Shown here in pieces: positions 19,690 to 29,384 of a stretch of DNA of 64,000 bases. Position numbers and translations under genes: made by a program. The stretch spans positions 1-64,000 of the IMG/VR virus record IMGVR_UViG_3300017917_003822; one strand, 5' to 3'. How positions within the stretch are numbered: position 1 is the stretch's first letter; every line of letters starts with the position of its first letter. The notes beneath the pieces were generated by a model. The model worked only from the letters and a program-made list of their open reading frames with translations. It did not search any database and was not told the DNA's origin.

Positions 19690-19861
19690 TATCAAGTTTA
19701 GATTGTGGCACGAACATAAAATAGATCCCGATTGGTTAGAATCTATTCCGTTCTATGAATATCAGATATGGTTAGACAAGCTTAACGCAGCAATTGAACA
19801 GGAAAATGCAGAGAAACAGAGTGAAGGTGGTGTTAAACAGATATTTAACCTAACCAGATAA
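19601..19861 (+). CDS. gp51-like hub assembly protein, possibly made by +1 frameshift from the upstream gene
   Basis: SLENFFDIKFRLWHEHKIDPDWLESIPFYEYQIWL resembles T4-like gp51; overlaps the gp26-like gene by 89 nt in the +1 frame. Confidence 0.65.
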   Translation: MMRRSPQASTFPAGSDLFSLFQISLENFFDIKFRLWHEHKIDPDWLESIPFYEYQIWLDKLNAAIEQENAEKQSEGGVKQIFNLTR

Positions 19862-19884
19862 AATATATACAGTAATTATAAAAC

Positions 19885-21387
19885 ATGGCCATAGATCAGA
19901 AACTTATATCCTCTCTATTAGATTTATCTAGAAACGTAGATAAACTCTCCGGTGACATTAAAAAGAATACGGAGACGACAACCGAACTTGTAGCTACGCA
20001 AGAAAAAAGTGTAGATAGTAACAAGGAAATCGGGAAAGTAGCTGAAAGTATAAAGGGTCTGGATTTAAAAAGTTTAAAGGGGGATTTCTCTGAATTAACT
20101 AAAAGCATCAGTGGACTTGATTTTAAGAATCTTTCCACTGATCTTAAATCATTAGACTTTAAGGGACTTTCAAATAGCATCAAATCGCTGGATCTTAAAA
20201 GCGTAACTAGCGATCTTAAAAATTTAGACTTCAAGAATCTATCTAATACAATCAAGGATTTTGATGTAAAAAACATAGCTAGCACGATAAAGGACCAGGG
20301 AATAAAAAACGTAGTCTCTGGATCTGTTGGGGGATTATTGAAAAAAGGTAAGGGTATACTTGGTTCCTTTGCTGATGGCGGAGATGTTAACAAGACTGGT
20401 AACTATCTTGTTGGTGAAAAGGGACCGGAAGTAGTTAAGTTAAATGCAGGATCTGTCGTTATACCCAATAATATTTTAAAAGAAAGGCAGGATATTTTAA
20501 AAAAATTAGGAGCTGACGCTCCTAGCGAAAAGGAAATATCAAGAAAAAGAAATGAATTACTCCTAAGTGATCCTGATTATTATTCGGATGAACCTGGTTG
20601 GTTGGAGGAGGACATTAATTCATATCTGGAGGGTCTTCAGGGAAAATCAACATCACTATTCACCCCGGAGGATTTAAAGAAGCTAAGCAAACCAGTGGAT
20701 AATAAAGCTGAAGCCTTGGTAAATCCTTTATCGACCCCAGCAAAAAATGACAAGAAAGAAAAAAATAAGAAGGACGAACCCAAATTAAAGGAAAAGAAGG
20801 ACGGACTATTTTCTAAAATTTTTGGTAAGAGTGATAAGAGTGAAATTAAAGGATCTGAGATTGTATCTAATACACCATCTAAGGATAAAGTTTTTGATAA
20901 GAATAGCATATTGACTCAGGGATCTAGTTTACTGAAAGGTGCCAGCGGTCTTTTGAATAATGAATTTGGTGGGAAGCTGAATATGGCGGGTGATATACTA
21001 AGTAAAGGAACAGAACTGGGCAAAAAAATAAAAATGCCTTCAATCGAGACCAGAACTCCTGAATTAAAAACTCCGGAAATTAAAACTGACATAAAGAAAC
21101 TTTCACCCCAACCCCAACCTAAGCCATCCAAGGTTGCTGAAACTAAAAATGAATCCCAATCTCAGGAAGTTCTTAAAAATGAAATAATTGAAACAGGTTC
21201 AGCTAAATCTGAAGCTAAAACTCCTGAATCTACAAATTCTAATCAGCAAGGAACCAATCCAACAATGACGTCCAAGGATATTGAGGAAATGAAAGCTGCA
21301 CTAGTTAGAATAGCTTCGCTGTTGGAGGGCCCGTTGAATGTTGCTCCTATGGAGAGACCATTTAGACCCGATTCAAGAAGAATATAA
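19885..21387 (+). CDS. Tape measure / baseplate hub protein (putative)
   Basis: Position after the chaperones; 12-aa LDFKxLSxxxKS repeats; FADGG...LVGEKGPEVV motif common in tape measure proteins. Confidence 0.6.
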   Translation: MAIDQKLISSLLDLSRNVDKLSGDIKKNTETTTELVATQEKSVDSNKEIGKVAESIKGLDLKSLKGDFSELTKSISGLDFKNLSTDLKSLDFKGLSNSIKSLDLKSVTSDLKNLDFKNLSNTIKDFDVKNIASTIKDQGIKNVVSGSVGGLLKKGKGILGSFADGGDVNKTGNYLVGEKGPEVVKLNAGSVVIPNNILKERQDILKKLGADAPSEKEISRKRNELLLSDPDYYSDEPGWLEEDINSYLEGLQGKSTSLFTPEDLKKLSKPVDNKAEALVNPLSTPAKNDKKEKNKKDEPKLKEKKDGLFSKIFGKSDKSEIKGSEIVSNTPSKDKVFDKNSILTQGSSLLKGASGLLNNEFGGKLNMAGDILSKGTELGKKIKMPSIETRTPELKTPEIKTDIKKLSPQPQPKPSKVAETKNESQSQEVLKNEIIETGSAKSEAKTPESTNSNQQGTNPTMTSKDIEEMKAALVRIASLLEGPLNVAPMERPFRPDSRRI

Positions 21388-21427
21388 AAAATTCAGTTTA
21401 ATATTTTTTTATTTCGTACTTTTGTAT

Positions 21428-21435
21428 TACATTTG
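21428..21435 (+). promoter_or_regulatory. Bacteroidota-type housekeeping promoter -7 element (TACATTTG)
   Basis: Matches TAnnTTTG; same element at 35230 and 54658, variant at 41715. Confidence 0.65.
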
Positions 21436-21446
21436 TGGATAATCAA

Positions 21447-22037
21447 ATGGAAGAGAGCTTTATGATACAAACCTACGAAGAATACCCAGATCTGTCATTC
21501 ATGACTGACGAATTTATATCCCTTCCGTTCTGGAGAGTTAGAAAAAAAGAAAATGGGACTTTCGAGGTTTCCAGCTTTCCAAAAAAAATTAAAAATTTAA
21601 ATATAGGTATCGAAAATAGAGATACCATATATTTAGAGATGGCATCTGTTTGGTCCAAGAATTCATATTGTAGTCGAATGAAGGTGGGATGTCTTATAGT
21701 TAAGAACAAATCCATCATATCTGACGGATACAATGGTTCTCCAACCGGATTCCCAAATATTTGTGAAAGTGAAGATAATGTAACCTTACCATACGTTCTC
21801 CATGCGGAGGCAAATGCAATCACTAAGTTGGCAAAGGGAACCCAGAGTTCCGATGGATCTACTCTCTATGTAACTCTGTCCCCGTGCTTTGAGTGCTCAA
21901 AACTAATAATACAATCCGGTATAAAAAGAGTTATTTTTTCTGAGGTTTACAGAAAACCTGAATCCCTGTCTTTCCTGGTCGAGGGAGGAGTAGAAATTAT
22001 AAGATTCTCGAATAACCAAGATAAAACCCAAATTTAA
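21447..22037 (+). CDS. dCMP deaminase
   Basis: HAEANAI and SPCFEC zinc motifs, DGYNG. The GTG at 21435 overlaps the promoter, so ATG 21447 or 21462 is preferred. Confidence 0.92.
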   Translation: MEESFMIQTYEEYPDLSFMTDEFISLPFWRVRKKENGTFEVSSFPKKIKNLNIGIENRDTIYLEMASVWSKNSYCSRMKVGCLIVKNKSIISDGYNGSPTGFPNICESEDNVTLPYVLHAEANAITKLAKGTQSSDGSTLYVTLSPCFECSKLIIQSGIKRVIFSEVYRKPESLSFLVEGGVEIIRFSNNQDKTQI

Positions 22038-22040
22038 TAT

Positions 22041-22649
22041 ATGCAACAAAAAGAAAAAAACATTCAGAAGATCGCGGAGGATTTTATCACTCTAAAGAAT
22101 GACAAAAATTTTAAAATTTTATTTGAGAGACTTAGACCAGGTATATTGAACCACTGCTTTCTTATTCTTAAAGAACAGGAACTTGCTGAGGATGCATTCA
22201 TAAATACTATGTCAAAGATATGGTTGAAAATAGACCAGTATAACGATGAGAGAGGAAATTTTTCAACTTGGTGTTATAACATAGCAAGAAATGAATCTTT
22301 GCTTCTAATGAAATCTAGAAAAAGATATCACAGTCACACGGACAGTGAACTTGAATTTCTTTCCTCGCAAAACACAATCGGTGATTCTGTTCAGTATTAT
22401 ACGATAGACGACGACCCAACTTATGCTTTCTACAATGAGGGTTCAGATTTGGATGTGGTGTATGAGTCAGTACTGGATGAAATTAGAGAATTACCCGAAT
22501 TATATAGGGATATTATGATCGATAGGGAAATCAATCATATGAAATATAAGGACATAGCGGAAAAATATGGAATCAAGAAAAGATCCATAGCAACCAGAAT
22601 TCGTAGAGCTAGAGGTAAAATAAGAAAAAAAATAGACGGGAAACAATAA
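22041..22649 (+). CDS. ECF-type sigma-70 factor
   Basis: Region 2 AEDAFINTMSKIW...FSTWCYNIARN; region 4 LPELYR...MKYKDIAEKYGI...TRIRRAR. Confidence 0.9.
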   Translation: MQQKEKNIQKIAEDFITLKNDKNFKILFERLRPGILNHCFLILKEQELAEDAFINTMSKIWLKIDQYNDERGNFSTWCYNIARNESLLLMKSRKRYHSHTDSELEFLSSQNTIGDSVQYYTIDDDPTYAFYNEGSDLDVVYESVLDEIRELPELYRDIMIDREINHMKYKDIAEKYGIKKRSIATRIRRARGKIRKKIDGKQ

Positions 22650-22666
22650 TTGTTCCTAGTGCTATA
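22640..22666 (+). promoter_or_regulatory. ECF-like promoter GAAAC-N17-CTATA
   Basis: Same spacing at 6241, 23943, 36589 and 60040, and at 29421 with GAAAT. Confidence 0.65.
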
Positions 22667-22681
22667 AAAAATAAAAAATCT

Positions 22682-23125
22682 ATGCTTAGATTATTTAAAG
22701 TTATAAAAGAGATATCACTTTATCGTGAATATGTCAGAATTATAAAAAAAGAAGAGACAGATTCCCCAATTTGGGCAAGAAGAAATCTTCGTAGGGATTA
22801 TCTTAACCGAATCTATACCGTGGTAAATTTACCCCCTCAGGTACTTTTATCTGTCGATTTACCTAGAGATGCAAGACCTTCGTTCGTTATCAGCGAACTT
22901 AAGCCAACTAATGAATATTTCAAATCACTTAACCTTGAAGAACTCTTAACCATGTGGATAGAGCCTGTTAAAGGGACTGATGAGGAATCATATCTTGCTG
23001 TTTATCAGTTTCTGTTCAGACATCTAAGTTGGTTATGGATTCTAAGATTTTTAATTGAAATCTCCTTAATTACTTTTATTATTATTAAATGGGATTGGGT
23101 TTTAAATCTATTTAACTTAGCATAA
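22682..23125 (+). CDS. Hypothetical protein with C-terminal transmembrane helix
   Basis: Hydrophobic C-terminus WLWILRFLIEISLITFIIIKW. Confidence 0.65.
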   Translation: MLRLFKVIKEISLYREYVRIIKKEETDSPIWARRNLRRDYLNRIYTVVNLPPQVLLSVDLPRDARPSFVISELKPTNEYFKSLNLEELLTMWIEPVKGTDEESYLAVYQFLFRHLSWLWILRFLIEISLITFIIIKWDWVLNLFNLA

Positions 23126-23943
23126 TGAGGCCGGAAATACTAGCTCTCAAGAACGAAATAGAAAAAAAATTAGAATTCTTTACTAATGACAATAAATTCT
23201 CATTTGATGAAGAATCTCATACCTATAGATATGGTGGAATAAAATACGATTCTGTTACCACTTTTCTAAAGACATTTAAGGTACCTTTTGATAGGGAATA
23301 TTGGTCGAAGAGAAAAGCACAGGAAGCTGGAGTTGACGTTTCTATCATACTTAATGAATGGCAGAATAAAGCTAACGTAGCTAATGATCTTGGTACCAGG
23401 GTCCATAAATTCATAGAGGATTTTTGGAGCGGACTAAATCCGGAAATACCTGAATTTGATCCAGACGATGAGTATTCAAAGAGAGTTCATAAATTTATTG
23501 ACCTGTATAAGAGAAAACTTCACGTTTTCGTTCCATTAAAATCTGAACTTAGAATATTTTGTAAAAAGTGGAGACTTGCAGGTACTATAGACCAACCTCT
23601 TCTTTTCTGGGACGAGAAAAGACAGAAAGTTTTTTTAATAATAGGAGACTGGAAAACTAACGGAGATTTTAAGCATGATGATCATCCTAAGGGTAGATAT
23701 AAAAAACTTCTTAGACCATTTTCTCATCTATGGGAAAACCAGCATAACGAGTATTCCATACAAATAAGTCTATATAGATTGATGTTAGAAGAGGAGGTTG
23801 GAATTGAAACAGAGAGTGGATTTCTTTGTCATATAGGACCTGACGAATTACCAAAATTATATCCAGCAAAAGATCTGAGAGAACCCCTAAGAGCCTATTT
23901 GGATCAGAATAGAATTAGTTTTGATATTTTTGATCTTAGATAG
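23125..23943 (+). CDS. PD-(D/E)XK exonuclease
   Basis: FDEESHTY, SVTT, GTRVH, AGTID, IGDWKT, YSIQISLY. Confidence 0.85.
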   Translation: MRPEILALKNEIEKKLEFFTNDNKFSFDEESHTYRYGGIKYDSVTTFLKTFKVPFDREYWSKRKAQEAGVDVSIILNEWQNKANVANDLGTRVHKFIEDFWSGLNPEIPEFDPDDEYSKRVHKFIDLYKRKLHVFVPLKSELRIFCKKWRLAGTIDQPLLFWDEKRQKVFLIIGDWKTNGDFKHDDHPKGRYKKLLRPFSHLWENQHNEYSIQISLYRLMLEEEVGIETESGFLCHIGPDELPKLYPAKDLREPLRAYLDQNRISFDIFDLR

Positions 23944-23987
23944 AAACAAAATACAACAAACCGACTAGAAAAATAAAAAAAGAAAAT

Positions 23988-24521
23988 ATGTCAACAAGTA
24001 AAAAACAAGAAAAATTAATTACATCAGAATCTCCTCTACCTGGAGGATCTAACGAAATTGATTTCAGTACGATGGGTCAGGATATGGGTATTTCGTACGA
24101 CCAGGAAAGAGTTGATGAAATCCAAAACGCAATTAATGCAAAGAAGGAAGAAATCAAATCTAAGGTTTATGCAGTATCATGTAACGATGAGCTTTTCGCA
24201 GAATATGAATCCTTCATGGTAAATAAAGCGGAATGGAATTCAACTGAAGCCCTTGGTGTCGTGGAAGTTAATAGAAACATCAGAAAAATCAAAAAGGAGG
24301 GAATCAAGGATAATACTATCTATATGGGGGCACTTCCATTAGAGGCTAGTCATTATTTTCTTTCTAAATCCAAAGGAACTGGACTTAAGAGTGCAGAAGA
24401 TTTTATTAAGCTATTTAAAGCTTTCGATCAGGCTTTATCCGATGCAAAAGAGGATGCTGCACAAATAAAAGAAATGGAAAAACAATTAGCTGCAGCAATG
24501 CAGGGTATCTCTTTAGGATAA
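23988..24521 (+). CDS. Hypothetical protein
   Basis: 177-aa ORF with its own ECF-like promoter (23943) and a downstream terminator. Confidence 0.7.
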   Translation: MSTSKKQEKLITSESPLPGGSNEIDFSTMGQDMGISYDQERVDEIQNAINAKKEEIKSKVYAVSCNDELFAEYESFMVNKAEWNSTEALGVVEVNRNIRKIKKEGIKDNTIYMGALPLEASHYFLSKSKGTGLKSAEDFIKLFKAFDQALSDAKEDAAQIKEMEKQLAAAMQGISLG

Positions 24522-24540
24522 ACTAAAAAAATAATACTCA

Positions 24541-24571
24541 AAAAACCAGCTTTATCATGCTGGTTTTTTTT
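24541..24571 (+). terminator. Intrinsic terminator
   Basis: AAAAACCAGC-TTTATCAT-GCTGGTTTTTTTT. Confidence 0.85.
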
Positions 24572-24618
24572 GTGAGAACTCTTTTTGGATATATAAAAAA
24601 ATAAAAACACTTTAGATT

Positions 24619-24921
24619 ATGAAACTATTAGAAAAAATCAAAGGTAATTTTGAAATTATCGTGTTATGCTTACTAGCAGTTATTTTTATTAGACAGTGCG
24701 GTGCAAATCGTGACATCGATAAATTAGCAAAACAATCAAAAATTCAAACATCAATTCTTGATTCTATTTCTTCTAAGGAGGAATTGAGAATTCTTTTGGA
24801 AATTGAAGGACTAAAATCCGAGAAAAGAATGATCCAATCAACGGATAGAAGAATATTGGATGTTAATCGTCAGACCGAAATTGATGAAGAAATAAAAAAA
24901 TTAGAGAAATCTAAAAAATAA
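24619..24921 (+). CDS. Membrane-anchored coiled-coil protein
   Basis: N-terminal hydrophobic helix ending RQC, followed by a coiled coil. Confidence 0.65.
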   Translation: MKLLEKIKGNFEIIVLCLLAVIFIRQCGANRDIDKLAKQSKIQTSILDSISSKEELRILLEIEGLKSEKRMIQSTDRRILDVNRQTEIDEEIKKLEKSKK

Positions 24922-24927
24922 TCGACG

Positions 24928-25566
24928 ATGAGTAAAAAGGCTGTTAGTTATTTCATTATAGGGACTTTCGTCAGTCTATATTTAATGGTTTCGGTAATTT
25001 CTACTATCCACGTTATAGACTTCTTTAAGATCTCAAATCCAACCTGGCTTGCTGTTAGCTTAGCAATAGCTTTTGAAATAGGTGCTGCTGCTTCGTTAGC
25101 TTCTCTGATCTCACTAGATAAAATGAATAAGGGAATGGTATGGGGACTTTTTATAATATTGACTCTCATGCAAGCGATGGGTAATACATATTATGCATAC
25201 ACACATCTCGAAAACTATCAGGGGTGGATAGAGCTTTTTGGATTATCTGAGGAGGACGTCATATACCAGAAAAGAATGCTTTCTATTATAAGTGGTGCGG
25301 TTTTACCTGTTGTTGCCCTTGGATTCATTAAATCCCTGGTTGATTATATAAAACCTGATGAAACTAAGGAGACTCTTCCCGAGCAACCTGTAGATGCTAA
25401 TGCTGAAATGGCGACAGATACTCCTTTTATCAAGGATGAATCTGGTGATACTATTATAGATCTAGCATCTTCGGATAATATGATACCTTCGGACTACGTG
25501 GATGAACTGATGACTCCAGCAAACAAAAACAGGGTTTCGCTTGAAATTGACCCGACAAAACTTTAA
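24928..25566 (+). CDS. Multi-pass membrane protein (about 4 TM)
   Basis: Four hydrophobic segments and an acidic C-terminal tail. Confidence 0.7.
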   Translation: MSKKAVSYFIIGTFVSLYLMVSVISTIHVIDFFKISNPTWLAVSLAIAFEIGAAASLASLISLDKMNKGMVWGLFIILTLMQAMGNTYYAYTHLENYQGWIELFGLSEEDVIYQKRMLSIISGAVLPVVALGFIKSLVDYIKPDETKETLPEQPVDANAEMATDTPFIKDESGDTIIDLASSDNMIPSDYVDELMTPANKNRVSLEIDPTKL

Positions 25567-25581
25567 AAATAATTAATAAAA

Positions 25582-26256
25582 GTGACAGATTCTGAAACAG
25601 TAAACAATGATAATTTTGATGGAGGTACATCGAGTCAGGTGGGAGACATAAACCTGATTGGAGGTAATTCGGAATTTGCAATATCTCCATCAGGAGCTAC
25701 GGCTGGATTTGATATTAAATATAAGAATATAGCCGAAACCATGCCTGATCTGGAGATAATCGAAGCTACTTTTCAGAGGTTCAATGATCCAAATGAGGTT
25801 GAATTTATAAAGGAATCTTTTGAGGTTGTATACCAGGATAAGACATTAGATAAACTGGATGTTGTTGATTTCTTCCATCCTCTCCAAAGTTTTTCTAACT
25901 ATCAAAAACAAACTTTCGTTATTCTTCCTCAAACATCAGCTAATTTGGACCCTTCGTCATTCACGAGTACCAACGGTGAAGTTTCTATGCTGATAGCTAA
26001 AGCGGAATACCTTCCTGGTACCCCCATTGAGGAAAAGATTATTTTTTGGGATTATAAGGGTAATCAGAGAAATATAATGGGAGAAATAATGATTTTAACC
26101 GGTGCAATAAAGGAGAATCTTTCTTGGAAGGGATGGGACGTTGACCCTTTTTCGACATATGGACACACAGGACCTGCTAATTCGGCCAACGGAGGATTTA
26201 TATTCACGAATCCAACAGATTCGGAGGTACAATTAACAGTAATAACAGCAAATTAA
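25582..26256 (+). CDS. Putative structural protein (paralog of 26258..26755)
   Basis: Shares WxYKGN...MGExMxLxG...GW...GGxxFxNP with the next gene. Confidence 0.65.
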   Translation: MTDSETVNNDNFDGGTSSQVGDINLIGGNSEFAISPSGATAGFDIKYKNIAETMPDLEIIEATFQRFNDPNEVEFIKESFEVVYQDKTLDKLDVVDFFHPLQSFSNYQKQTFVILPQTSANLDPSSFTSTNGEVSMLIAKAEYLPGTPIEEKIIFWDYKGNQRNIMGEIMILTGAIKENLSWKGWDVDPFSTYGHTGPANSANGGFIFTNPTDSEVQLTVITAN

Positions 26257-26257
26257 T

Positions 26258-26755
26258 ATGGCAACTCAACCGATAACCTGTCCTTATGATGTACTTGAAG
26301 GATTTAGATTTTATAGAGGTGATTTAGTACTAGATAACGGCTTAACTAACAATCCACCGAAATATCTCTCTCTTAAGGATCTCAATATACCCGTTGATAA
26401 ATTCTCCAGAAGTAGAGTTACTCTTAAACCCGGAGGATATTCTCTTCTGAGTCAAACTGATATTGGTGACGAATATGGGTATGTTTCTTTTATAGCTGTG
26501 AAAGCGATATATCCCACTTCAACAGTGGAGTCAAGAAAATATATAAACTGGACATACAAGGGAAACACTAACTATATGGGGGAACTTATGGTTCTTTCTG
26601 GACAGAGAACATCTTCTACTGATTCAGAATTCGAGGGTTGGAATCTATCAAAACCTGGCACTATTCCCGAGAATGATCCAGGAAACGGTGGTATAGTTTT
26701 TTATAACCCTAGCACTGAAACCACAGTTAAGTTAGAAATATTGGTGTGTGGGTGA
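26258..26755 (+). CDS. Putative structural protein (paralog of 25582..26256)
   Basis: Shares WxYKGN...MGExMxLxG...GW...GGxxFxNP with the previous gene. Confidence 0.65.
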   Translation: MATQPITCPYDVLEGFRFYRGDLVLDNGLTNNPPKYLSLKDLNIPVDKFSRSRVTLKPGGYSLLSQTDIGDEYGYVSFIAVKAIYPTSTVESRKYINWTYKGNTNYMGELMVLSGQRTSSTDSEFEGWNLSKPGTIPENDPGNGGIVFYNPSTETTVKLEILVCG

Positions 26756-26808
26756 TAAAATGTGACAATAACATTAAATATATACTAAAAGTTTCTTGTC
26801 CTTAGTTG

Positions 26809-26816
26809 GATATATA
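26809..26816 (+). promoter_or_regulatory. Late promoter motif GATATATA
   Basis: Intergenic exact copy. Confidence 0.72.
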
Positions 26817-26841
26817 ATAAACAGTAAAAAAAAAGTAAACC

Positions 26842-29220
26842 ATGGACTTTATAAACCAAGTTAAAAATTTAAAAGAACTAACAAAATCACCAGAGGTAAG
26901 AGCTTTGTGTGAAAGCTTCCTTAGAGGTGAATCTGTTTCTAAGGATCAATTGATAGCTTCTATCAACGAACATAACGATTCAGAGACGATACAAATCAAT
27001 GAAACTCCAAGCATTACTAATCACATGGATGCTATAAGGAGAGAGGAGACCGAGGTTTCTAAGAAAACCGCTGCTGCTCTTATGGAGTCTTGGGGAGGAT
27101 TGGGATCAAGAACATCTTCTAACTCAGGATCTTACTTAAATAAATCGGAGGAGATTGAGAAAAAATCAGAAACCCTTTTTGAGAATATCTCAAAGGTAGC
27201 TTCATCAGACCCAGCTACTATCTCTTTTATGGATTCACAGAGTATAAAAAATCTTGGAGTTATTGAAGCGATTTCTAAATTGAAGGAATCATCAATTTAC
27301 ACATACCCAAAAGCTAAAATCGTTTGTGAGCAATATCAGAATCTTATCGTAAATAAGAGATTGCCTGAATTTGCAGTTATAAACAATTTTATAGCTGAAT
27401 TGGAATCTTTCAGCTGGGACAACACTGTTACCCCTATAGCTGATGATCTTAAATCCAAAGCTAAGAAATATTCAAGAGAGATAGAAGTTGCTAAAGTGTT
27501 GGAATCTATTAAGGGTAGTGGTAGTTCTTCTTTCTATTCTGAACTTTCTGAAACTTTAAATTCTTGGTTGGTTTCTGAGAGTAAGTCAAATGGTCTTTTA
27601 GTTAAAAATATTTCTAAATACAGCTTTAACCCAGTAGTCAGAAATCTTATAAACTTTTTAAATGTTCATGAGAGCAATGACACAAGAAAATTAGAAATCC
27701 CAGTAAATGCTCAGGGTGAATCTAGTGTATCTAAAGTATATTCTCCGGTTTTATTTGAGAACGGAAGAACTTTTTTCTATATAGGTGAATCTGTATTTGA
27801 AGCAACCGAGGATGAGCTTGTTAAACTTACCGAAAGCCAGCTATCTTCTCTTCCTGCTGATTATATTAAATTGGTTGAAGTTTCTAAGAAACCTCATGTT
27901 GCTATCAACGAGAATGGTATTTCAATCAAATTTGGTAAGAAAATAGTTAGATTGATCGAAGAGAATGAAAAAGTTGAAGTTTACTTAGGTAAAGATAAAC
28001 TTAAATTTGGTGAAGTTTCAGGACTTGCTAAAATATTAGGATTAGAGTCTGGCTCTTATTTCGGTGTTAATGAATCTGAAGTTGTTAATGACACTCTGGT
28101 TCTTTACACGAACTATTCTAACATAGTAGAATTAGATTTTGCTAAAAACATTTCTTCCAACATATATGAGGGAGTTTGTGTTAATCTATTCAAATGGAAC
28201 AATCAAATTTATGTTCAGAAGATTAACCAAACAATGAATGAAAATTCTATATTCAAGGTAAATGGAACACAGGCGGTATCTATGGTTAAATCTTATTTAA
28301 GATATGATATTTCCGAAGGTTTAACTGAATTTCTTGAGGGTGAGAATAAAATTAAATCTGTCATGATAAATGACAGAAATAAAGTTCTGGAAAATATCAC
28401 TAAGGTTGAGAATGAAATTCTTAAATTGAATTCATTGATGGAATCAACTCCTCTTTATAGAGAATCTAAAGAAATTTTATCTGCTAAATCTATTCTTGAA
28501 AAAGAACTATTAGTACTAAGAGAAAAATGGAATCAGATTAATTCTGAGCTTTCTAAGATTGATGAAGAGATTAAAATCGCATCTTTAATTAATATCTCGG
28601 AGGATGAGAAATTTAATATTGGTGATTTTATTAAAGTTAAGGAATCTGGAGAAACCGGAAAAATCATATCAGTAGACGGAACATCAGGAAGATACACTGT
28701 TCTTTTAGATAGCGGAAAGACCTCGGATTTCTTAGTTAACGAGATTTCTGATCTTGAGGAGGCACTAAGTCAGGCAGCTGAAAAAAATGCTGAAGATGCT
28801 GAAGATGAAGGACAAGAAGAAGTTAAAGAATCTAATAACTTGAACAAGTCTGATTTAAGTATCGAAGAACAAAAAAATCTTTTAAAAACTTTTGCTGAGG
28901 GACACGGATTTTCTAAAGCCCCAAAAGGAGAGGGTGATTCTATAGAAATGGGATTAGATTCTTTACATGGCTATAATATCACAATGAATGAAGGAAAGGA
29001 TAAAAAAGAGGAAGGGGATTTAGCAAAAGCTCCAGGTAACAACAAGAAGGAAAAAGGTAAAGTTGAAGGTGAAGATCTTTTAGCTGACGCTCCTGAAACT
29101 AAGGATAAGACTGAATTTGATGCTGAGGATGCTGATGGAGAAAAATATGAAATTGGTTACAATCTTAGAGAGGGTAACGAAGAAGGATTAGACGAATCTG
29201 AGGTTTTAAAAAAAAAGTAA
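26842..29220 (+). CDS. Large late protein, probably head-associated; KOW/SH3-like module, acidic tail; -1 frame extension to 29381
   Basis: Late promoter at 26809; many I/L-x-E sites; FNIGDFIKVKESGETGKIISVD; ends in an A9 run before TAA. Confidence 0.7.
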   Translation: MDFINQVKNLKELTKSPEVRALCESFLRGESVSKDQLIASINEHNDSETIQINETPSITNHMDAIRREETEVSKKTAAALMESWGGLGSRTSSNSGSYLNKSEEIEKKSETLFENISKVASSDPATISFMDSQSIKNLGVIEAISKLKESSIYTYPKAKIVCEQYQNLIVNKRLPEFAVINNFIAELESFSWDNTVTPIADDLKSKAKKYSREIEVAKVLESIKGSGSSSFYSELSETLNSWLVSESKSNGLLVKNISKYSFNPVVRNLINFLNVHESNDTRKLEIPVNAQGESSVSKVYSPVLFENGRTFFYIGESVFEATEDELVKLTESQLSSLPADYIKLVEVSKKPHVAINENGISIKFGKKIVRLIEENEKVEVYLGKDKLKFGEVSGLAKILGLESGSYFGVNESEVVNDTLVLYTNYSNIVELDFAKNISSNIYEGVCVNLFKWNNQIYVQKINQTMNENSIFKVNGTQAVSMVKSYLRYDISEGLTEFLEGENKIKSVMINDRNKVLENITKVENEILKLNSLMESTPLYRESKEILSAKSILEKELLVLREKWNQINSELSKIDEEIKIASLINISEDEKFNIGDFIKVKESGETGKIISVDGTSGRYTVLLDSGKTSDFLVNEISDLEEALSQAAEKNAEDAEDEGQEEVKESNNLNKSDLSIEEQKNLLKTFAEGHGFSKAPKGEGDSIEMGLDSLHGYNITMNEGKDKKEEGDLAKAPGNNKKEKGKVEGEDLLADAPETKDKTEFDAEDADGEKYEIGYNLREGNEEGLDESEVLKKK

Positions 29221-29381
29221 GTCGTAATTTCTACTTCGCGCCACAAGCAGAAGATCAGAATAAACCGGGTGAACCTTTTGTACAATCGTCCGAGGGTAAG
29301 TTAAGTAAAGCACCTGATGGAAAGAATATAATAGATAAGGATAACGAAGATAACGAAGAATCTGAAGAATCTAAGGAATAA
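29208..29381 (+). other. A9 / A_AAA_AAG slippery site and 54-codon -1 frame extension
   Basis: The -1 frame reads VSRNFYFAP...LSKAPDGK...EESKE* (TAA 29379-29381), ending just before the terminator. Confidence 0.6.
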
Positions 29382-29384
29382 GAC

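Noticed and set aside
23125-23943. Cas4-like nuclease suggesting a CRISPR system
   Set aside because: No Fe-S cysteine cluster, array or other cas genes; an ordinary phage PD-(D/E)XK exonuclease.
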